Below are positions 55,578 through 64,000 of a stretch of 64,000 bases of DNA, piece by piece (position 1 is the stretch's first letter; every line of letters starts with the position of its first letter). The stretch lies in assembly GCF_009914755.1 (NCBI RefSeq), contig NC_060947.1, one strand, 5' to 3'. This DNA is from the human T2T-CHM13v2.0 reference genome, Homo sapiens. Made by a program: the position numbers and the translations under genes. Under the pieces are notes generated by a model. It was given only the letters and a program-made list of their open reading frames with translations. It had not been told where the DNA came from and searched no databases.

Positions 55578-56424
55578 TTACAAAATGACCACTTCTTTCT
55601 GTTTCAAGGAGTGAAGAGGACATGCCTCTATCTCTGAGATGGAGTCCCCAGGACTGGGAAGAGGAGTGGGATTTATAGTTCCGTGAGGGAGGTGGATGCC
55701 TGAACCTCACCTGGCTAGCTGGGGGAGTGTGCTCTTCCAATAGGTCACAGTAGTCTAGGGCCAGCAAGATTTCACTGGAACACAGCCAACAACAGCAGGC
55801 AGACAGAGGGGACCAGGGCCCTTGGAGGCTCTGAGGAGTCCAGGAGGGATGGCAGCTATGCAGCAGCAAGCTGACTGACACCAGGAGTGGCCTTCAGGTG
55901 TCCAAGAGGACAGATTGTAAGCAACTGATGGGGTGTGGGGGATAGTTGACACAAGTAAAGGATGCTGGGCCCCTTGCCAATCTGCCTCTTCATTCATTTT
56001 AAATTTAATTTTGAGAAAGAAAATGTGATGGGACTGGATCCCTGAAGGTTGCTGAGTGGATTTTGGAGAACTACTTTGTTGACAATGTTTCCAGTTATGG
56101 AAATGTCTATGCTTTTATTTAAAAATCTCCTTCACATAAAATAAGATTCTACAAATACATAGCTGATTACCTAGAATCTCTTCTGCAAGGCACAAGCCAT
56201 TCTAGAGGGTATAAATTCTAAATCTCAGTTGAAATCAATGATATAATCAGGTCTAGCTATGGGTGGTTAATGGGAAAAGATAACTTCAATTTCTGGAGGT
56301 TGTTTTTCGCTATGACTTTCAAGTGTAACATGCAGAGTTACATTACAGAAAATTTGAAAGGATGCTAGTAGTTAAATGTTAGGATAGATGAGAGGATAAT
56401 ACCTCTAATATATTCTTTCTCACC

Positions 56425-56506
56425 TTTAAAAGGAAGAGAGAAAGGAAGGAAGAAAGGAGGGAAGGAAGGAAGGAAGGAAGGAAAAGAGGAAAGAAGAAAA
56501 GAAGAA
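56425..56506. repeat. GA-rich / (GGAA)n low-complexity tract
   Basis: ggaaggaaggaaggaaggaagg. Confidence 0.85.
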
Positions 56507-56689
56507 ACTGTTGGAAAAATACAATATATTTTGAATAGAGAGGTTTCAAAAAATAAGTCTCTAAAAACATGGCCACGTTCTCCAGTGAACAGCATAGCAA
56601 AAGAAAATGGGCTTGAATATTGGGTTATTGGGTAAGAGGACTCTACTCCCACTACCTCCTTCATCCCATAATCACTTCCATAAGGTCTT

Positions 56690-56983
56690 TTTTTTGGTTG
56701 GTTTTTTTTTTTTTTTTTTTTTTTTTTGAGACAGAGTCTCGCTCTGTCGCCCGGGCTGGAGTGCAGTGACGCGATCTCGGCTCACTGCAACCACCGCCTT
56801 TGGGGTTCAAGCAATTCTCCCTGTCTCAGCCTCCCGAGTAGCTGAGACTACAGGCGCGTGCCAGCATACCTGGCTAATGTTCTGTATTTTTATTAGAGAC
56901 GGGGTTTCACCGTGTTAGCCAAGATGGTCTTGATATCCTGACCTCGTGATCAGCCTGCCTCGGCCTCCCGAAGTGCTGGGGTT
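56690..56983 (-). mobile_element. 5'-truncated AluS (Sc-like)
   Basis: PolyT, then Alu body lacking ~28 nt; TSD cataaggtctt at 56679-56689 and 56984-56994. Confidence 0.93.
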
Positions 56984-57079
56984 CATAAGGTCTTAAATCA
57001 TTATTTTTAAAATATGTCCTTACTACAAATTAGAACTCCCAACCTGGACACTGAAAAAGAAATTTTAAATATATATTAA

Positions 57080-57290
57080 TAGATGTGGTTATAGATCAGA
57101 TACTGTACGTACGTTATCTCCCTGAATCCTTGCAGTAATTCTAGACAATAGATATTATTACCTCAGTTCTACAAATAAAAAAACAGGCATAGAGGGATTC
57201 AGTGAAATGCTTAATGACTCATGATCAGAAAGTAGTGAGGCTTGGAATTGAGCATAGGTTTATGCTTTTTCAACAACTCTACACTGCCTT
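57080..57290 (-). mobile_element. MIR
   Basis: tattattacctcagttctacaaataaaaaaacaggcatagaggg. Confidence 0.6.
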
Positions 57291-57361
57291 CTAAATGGGA
57301 AAAAAATGTATGTGTTGCGGGGTGGGAATCAAGCAACTGGCATTTTTAGAAAGTTAATTTA

Positions 57362-60085
57362 GTGAGAATATGCCGTATTTGGTTTTCTGTTCCTGTGTTA
57401 GTTTGCTCAGAATGATGGTTTCCAACTTCATCCATGACCCTGCAGAGGACATGAACTCATCCTTTTTAATAACTGCATAGTATTCCATGGTGTATATGTG
57501 CCACATTTTCTTTATCCAGTCTATCATTGATGGGCATTTGGGTTGGTTCCACGTCTTAGCTATTGCGAACAGTGCTGCAATAAACATACATGTACATGTG
57601 TCTTCATAGTAGAATGACTTAAAATTCTTGGGGTATTGGGATAATACCCAAAATCCCAGTAATGGGATTGCTGGGTCAAATGGTATTTCTGGTTCTAGAT
57701 CCTTGAGGAAACGAGGAATCACCACACTGTCTTCCACAATGGTTGAAGTAATTTACAGTCCCACCAACAGCATAAAAGCATTCCTATTTCTCCACATCCT
57801 CTCCAGCATCTGTTGTTTCCTGACTTTTTAATGATCCCCATTCTAACTGGCATGAGATGGTATCTCATTGTGGTTTTGATTTGCATTTCTCTAATGACCA
57901 GTGATGATGAGGTTTTTTTCACATGTTTGTTGGCCACATAAATGTTTTCGTTTGAGAAGTGTCTGTCCATATCCTTCACCCACTTTTTGATGGGGTTGTT
58001 TGTTTTTTTCTTGTAAATTTATTTAAGTTCCTTGTAGATTCTGGATATCAGCCTTTTGTCAGATGAATAGACTGCAAAAATTTTCTGCCATTCTGTAGAT
58101 TGTCTGTTCACTCTGATGATAGTTTCTTTTGCTGTGCAGAAGTTCTTTAGTTTAATTAGATCCCATTTGTCAATTTTGGCTTTTGTTGCCATTGCTTTTG
58201 GTGTTTTAGTCATGAAGTCTTTGCCCATGCCTATGTCCTGAATGGTATTGCCTAGGTTTCCTTCTAGGGCTTTTATGGTTTTAGGTTGTACATGTAAGTC
58301 TTTAATCCATCTTGAGTTAATTTTTGTATAAGGTGTAAGGAAGGGGTACAGTTTCTGTCTTCTGCATATGGCTAGCCAGTTTTCCCAACACCATTTATTA
58401 AATAGGGAATCCTTTCCCCATTGCTTATTTTTGTCAGGTTTGTCAAAGATCAGATGGTTGCACATGTGTGACGTTATTCTGAGGCCTCTGTTCTGTTCCA
58501 TTGGTCTACATATCTGTTTTGGTACCAGTACCATGCTGTTTTGGTTACTGTAGCCTTGATTATAGTTTGAAGTCAGGTAGTGTGATGCCTCCAGCTTTGT
58601 TCTTTTTGCTTAGGATTGTCTTGGCTATATGGGCTCTTTTCTGGTTCCATATGAAATTTAAAGTAGTTTTTTCTAATTCTGTGAAGAAAGTCAATGGTAG
58701 CTTGATGGGGGTAGCATTGAATCTATCAATTACTTTGGGCAGTATGGCCATTTTCACGATATTGATTCTTCCTATCCATGAGCATGGAATGTTTTTCCAT
58801 TTGTTTGTGTCCTCCCTTATTTCCTTGAGCAGTGGTTTGTAGTTCTCCTTGAAGAGATCCTTCACCTCCCTTGTAAGTTCCTAGGTATTTTATTCTCTTT
58901 GTAGCAATTGTAAATGGGCGTTCACTTATGATTTGGCTCTCTGTTTGTCTATTATTGGTATATAGGAGTGCTTGTGATTTTTGCACACTGATTTTGTATC
59001 CTGAGACTGCTGAAGTTGCTTATCAGCTTGAGATTTTGGGCTGAGACAATGGGTTTTCTAAATATACAATCATATCACCTGCAAATAGTGACAATTTGAC
59101 TTCCTCTCTTCCTACTTGAATACGCTTTATTTCTTTCTCTTGTCTGATTGCCCTGGCCAGAACTTCCAATACTGTGTTGAATAGGAGTAGTGGGAGAGGG
59201 CATCCTTGTCTCATGTCAGTTTTCAAAGGGAATGCATCCAGCTTTTGCATATTCAGCATGATATTTGCTGTGGACTTGTCATGAATACCTAGTTTATTGA
59301 GAGTTTTGGCATGAAGGGGTGTTGAATTTTATTGAAGACATTTTCTGCATCTATTAAGATAATCATGTGGTTTTCGTCATTGGTTCTGTTTACGTGATGG
59401 ATTACGTTTATTAATTTGCATATGTTGAACCAGCCTTGCATCCCAGGTATGAAGCCACCTTGATCGTGGTGGATAAGCTTTTTGATGTGTTGCTGGATTC
59501 AGTTTGCCAGTATTTTATTGCAGATTTTCACATCAATGTTCATCAGGGATATTGGCCTGAAATGTTCTTTTTTTGTTGTGTCTCTGCCAGGTTTTGGTAT
59601 CAGGATGATGCTGGCCTCATAAAATGAGTTATGGAGGAGTCCCTCTTTTTGTATTGTTTGGAATAGTTTCAGAAGGAATGGTAGCAGCTCCTCTTTGTAC
59701 CTCTGGTAGAATTTGGCTGTGAATCCATCTGGTCCTGAGCTTTTTTTGGTTGGTAGGCTATTAATTACTGCCTCAATTTCAGAATTTGTTATTGGTCTAT
59801 TCAGGGGTTCAACTTCTTCCTGGTTTTCCTGGTTTAGTCTTGGGAGGGTGTATGTGTCCAGGAATTTATCCATTTCTTCTAGACTTTCTAGTTAATTCTG
59901 TATAGTATCCTCTGATGGTAGTTTATATTTCTGTGGGATCAGTGGTGATATCCCCTTTATCATTTTTTATTCTGTCTATTTGATTCTTCTCTCTTTTCTT
60001 CCTCATTTTTCTGGCTAGCGATCTATTTTGTTAATCGTTTCAAAAAAAAAAAAAACAGCTCCTGGATTCACTGATTTTTTTGAAG
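57362..60085 (-). mobile_element. Inverted 5' segment of an L1PA (approx. PA7-8) twin-primed insertion; disabled ORF2 RT/C-terminal region
   Basis: Peptides [40 protein letters not shown], in several frames. Confidence 0.93.
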
Positions 60086-60304
60086 AGATGAACAATGAGA
60101 ACACATGGACACAAGGAGGGGAACATCACACACCGGGGCCTGTCAGGGGGTAGGGGGCTAGAGGAGGCATAGCATTAGGAGAAATAACTAATGTAGATGA
60201 CAGGTTGATAGGTGCAGCAAACCACCATGGGACGTGTATACCTATGTAACAAATCTGCACATTCTGCACATGTATCCCAGAACTTAAAGTATAATTTTAA
60301 AAAA
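60086..60304 (+). mobile_element. Non-inverted 3' end of the same L1PA
   Basis: tgaacaatgagaacacatggacac...cagaacttaaagtataat followed by A tail. Confidence 0.92.
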
Positions 60305-60351
60305 TGTTAATTTATGTAAACGTTTCAACATTTTCTTTAAAAAAAAAATCC

Positions 60352-60556
60352 CAACCTGGGCAACATAGCAAAACCCTGTCTCTACAAAAAATACAAAGAT
60401 TAGCCAGGCATGGTGACATGTGCCTGTAGTCCTAACTACTGGGAGGTGGGGATAGCTGAGGTGGCAGGATCATTTAAGCCCAGGGGATTTAGGCTGCAGT
60501 GAGCCAAAATCATACCACTGCACTCTAGCAGCATAGGCAACAGCAACCCTGTCTCA
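60352..60556 (+). mobile_element. 5'-truncated AluJ-like element
   Basis: caacctgggcaacatagcaaaaccctgtc...ccctgtctc; aaaaaaaaatcc on both sides. Confidence 0.88.
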
Positions 60557-61867
60557 AAAAAAAAATCCTTCTATTTTATTTACTGATATTAACTCCAACT
60601 CTATATTAGTTTTAATAGTGGCTTGTTGACTACAGACCAAAAAAAAAATTTAATTCGGAGTAAAAACGGTAGGTTTGGAAGAGGGAGTCTTGTCCCACTA
60701 GGTTAGGTGGGTAATGCAACCACATCTCTCTGTTTCATCTTTTCATTCCTTGATGGGCTCTTACAAAGGAAAAGCTTTGATTCATTCCAATTAGTTTTGA
60801 GAAATGGTTTTAGTGCCTGGGCATCAAAGCATTAACATCTAAATCTATAGGAAAAATAAATAGTATAGATATTCATGCAGTTCTCCAACATATTTGGTAA
60901 AAATTTTGGAAGAAAAAGCTTAAGCTCCACTTCTTGCTGAAAAAGCATATGGATAAAATTTAAAAATCCAAATTTGTATCGAATGTGAAAAAGAAACAAA
61001 CTCCCAGCATTCCATGTACTAGGTTGAATTTTCTTCTCTACCTCTCAGATGGAGACAATTCAATTCTAACCTGCTCCACTCACCATGTGGATATGACTTG
61101 ATCTATCTTTGCTGTCTTTCTTTCCAGGGACACAGAGAGACACCATCCACAGGGCATAAGGGAATTTGCCCAGTCTGCTCTGGGCATATAAATCCATACT
61201 TGATCAATAAACAGGGAGCAGGGAGGAGGTCAAATAACTGGAAATGACAAAGTGTCATATGCTAAACCTGGTTTACCCCTGGTCTAGTCCTTATTTCCTA
61301 TACAATCATAGCCCATGACCTTTGCCATGGAAACTAGGTCACTGTGGCAAGATAGATCTTGAATGTATTATTCATCTCTGATAATATTTTGAGTAGGCTG
61401 ATGTCTATGCCACAAGACTCTGCTTCTGAAAGTGAAATGGTAGCTTCTTCTAGATAACTTCATGTAGATATAAGCAAAGATTTAGTTATTCATGTAAATC
61501 AAATTACAGGTATGAAAATGAAGTTGTGGGAATCTAGGTGCGTGTTAACGAGTATTAATGTCTGAGGGAAACAGTGTCAGTTTATTTTTTAACATATGTT
61601 TGACTTTAAAAGCTGTGAATGTGGGAAAACTCACAGGATGTTAGCACGTGTGAACATGGCAAGATTCGCAGTCAAAGAAGACCTGGGTGAAGAAACTATT
61701 GCAGTGGCATCCTGTTGCTGATCTCCATCCTGCTTTCAGCTCAAGAGCAGCTGCCTGTGAGTGTTACTGAATATCAGGAAAAATATGTTCCGTTCTAGAT
61801 GAGAAGCAGAAGTAAAGCCACATCACAGGCATATATTTGCAGTGCTATGGTCTCTGGAACCAGTGTC

Positions 61868-62046
61868 CAGTAGTATGTTGGTAAATGCTTAACAACCAGC
61901 TCTCCAGGAAATTCAAAACCCTGATCTGTAACGGCTGCCAATTTTCATGGTATAAATACTCCCACTCTAGTCAATTTCAAGCTACCAACCTGACCTCACT
62001 GCAGACAGAGTTAGGAAGAAATGTGAAGCTGGCTCCAGTGAGCCAA
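61868..62046. mobile_element. MER63-like hAT DNA transposon
   Basis: cagtagtatgttggtaaatgcttaacaaccagctctcc...aatttcaagctaccaa. Confidence 0.6.
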
Positions 62047-62159
62047 GTATAACCCTTTTCTCCTCCAACCCCAAGCACTCCACTCGCATGGGACAAGTCC
62101 ATGAAAGATATGAAACTGGCCAGTTTCTGTTTCAGAAGAAAAGTAACAGATCAACCCTC

Positions 62160-62480
62160 TGGGTTTTTGCTCACACTGGCTCGTCTACCTCAAACACATT
62201 TCCCTATCCATCTTCATTCAGCTCAGCCCTTCTCAACCTTCAGAAATATAGAAGTATAGAAGTCTTCCTTTATCCCCAACGCTAAAGCTAAGTGAGGTTC
62301 CTTTCCTCCAACTCTGAGGCTCCTGTCCAGATAACATTCTGTTTTAAGAGTCTGTTTACTGCTTTGGGAGCTCCTTGAGAGCAGGTCCTGGAGCCCTTTC
62401 ACCATTATATCCCTGGTGCTTAGCACAGTGCTTAACACAGAGAAAGGGGGTTAATAAGTCTTTATTGATTGAAGCAGGGA
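62160..62480 (+). mobile_element. L2 3' fragment
   Basis: gagctccttgagagcagg...tatccctggtgcttagcacagtgct. Confidence 0.6.
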
Positions 62481-62659
62481 GGGAGGGAGAAAAAGAGTGA
62501 GAGATGGACCTTGAATTACCGTCCTCAAGCTGCCTCCGCCAAAAAACACAGCTAAGCAGTTGGAGTCGCAAAAGCACTGTTGCGGTTTTAAATGTGTTAA
62601 TTTATTTTATCACTTTGATTACAAACCATCATTAGCCATCTAGCATTTCCATGTGGACT

Positions 62660-62895
62660 GTATAATATGACTTTGGACTGAGACTCCCTGCTTTGAACTC
62701 ACTTCCTTCATTTACAAGCTCTGTAACTTTGAGACCAGCTGTGTATTTTCTTTGTGCCTTAACTTACTTTTCTGCTAACTGAGGAGAGTGGTAACACCAA
62801 GCTCACAGAATGGTCACAAGAAAAAATGAAACAGTGTGTTCCACACTTAGCTGAGTGTTTGGCTCATGATCAGAGGTTTATAAATGTCAACTAGT
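62660..62895 (+). mobile_element. MIR
   Basis: gactttggactgagact...ctttgtgccttaacttacttttctgctaa. Confidence 0.55.
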
Positions 62896-64000
62896 ACCGA
62901 TAAACTGTTGTGCTCTGTATTTTCAGACAATTGACTTGTTTAGGGGAAAAAAAATGGATTCCCCAGCCATAAACACCTGATTCAAGAAACCCATGTACGT
63001 GTAAACAACCAGTTAGTTATTCCTTTCTTTTCCCTTTGCTTGCTCACCTCCTGTGACTGCTCTGGTTAGTAAGTGCAGTGAGTTGGCATGAAGGAGGGCC
63101 TGATGTAACAGACACCAGGGCCAACAGTGTTTTCCCGCCACCTCCTTTCTTGTTTTTGAGATTATGTGCATTTCAATTCATTCCACCTTGAGCCACCTTA
63201 CTCTTCTTCTTTGTTCCTCTTTGCTTTGTCTTTTTCTGTTACTTCACATAATCTCTTTATTCTTCCCATCTTTCTCCTCCTTTCTCTCTCTCTACCCATT
63301 CACACCAGTCATGCATCAATATGAGGGAGACAGAAGGTGAAAAAAAGCAAAAGAGAAAATCATTATAATTAACTCCTATAGCCCTTTAAGCAAGCGTGGA
63401 AGACTCCTAATCACCCTTTACTCTTTCAAATGCTTCCAAGCATGCATTCACTCCAAACCTCAGCATTCTTAGTCATTAAAAACATGTATTTAAATTTTTT
63501 TCTTAACACTTTGCAAAAGCTTTGTTTCCAACTATCTGTAGATTATTTATGCTAATAATATTCCCACTAAAAATTTTCTGCTAAAAATATTCCAACATAA
63601 TTCCAATTAAAATGTACATTATGGGTGCTGGGGTTTTCTTGGGGGCCGGAGGAAGATGCGGACTAATCTAAAAACCTGAACAGTCTAATAACATTACTTC
63701 TATAGGAGAATATTGTACAGCACAGCCTGTTTGCAAATGTAGAACTCCTTGTCTATGTCGTTGATCAAGTAGTTTAAATTACGGGCTTCTTTTGTCCCTC
63801 AGTGTCCTTTTTAGCTCCAGGAGAGCCTGGGCAAGGAGAGATGACCCCAAGCACCACGTATACACCAACACAAACACAGTCAGAGCATAGCCCTTTCAAG
63901 GGGCGTGTGCTTTTCTACAAAGAAACAACACTTTGCTTTTGTAAGATAGTCTATTCAAAGTATGTGGAGAGTAAGTACAGCAAGACCCAGCAGGATGTAT

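Noticed and set aside
57354-59895. Reverse-transcriptase-like ORFs suggesting a novel RT system
   Set aside because: They are frameshifted fragments of ordinary L1 ORF2; the catalytic FADD motif is mutated to FAGD.

Overview
This is primate genomic DNA (human-like Alu S/Y, L1PA, THE1 and MER41 elements), repeat-rich and intergenic or intronic. I can support no intact protein-coding gene, RNA gene or CRISPR array. The one gene-derived feature is an essentially full-length processed pseudogene of RBM39 (CAPERalpha/HCC1) at about 34962-38091 (+). It has the 5'UTR, an intronless CDS, the 3'UTR, a polyA signal and tail, and a 17-bp TSD; an antisense Alu sits in its 5'UTR. All six CDS disablements lie in its 5' half, and a new ATG plus a frameshift leaves a 289-codon RRM2-linker-UHM frame open. 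The rest is Alu, L1, MaLR/ERV LTR, MIR/L2 and DNA-transposon relics. Several junctions are mechanistically informative: a probable L1 3' transduction, a twin-priming inversion, an L1 target-site deletion removing an LTR polyA signal, a template-switch tandem duplication, and a palindrome-rich insert between 49-bp direct repeats. I found no convincing novel biological system. Repeat subfamily names and RBM39 comparisons rest on recalled consensus sequences, and boundaries of old repeats are approximate.
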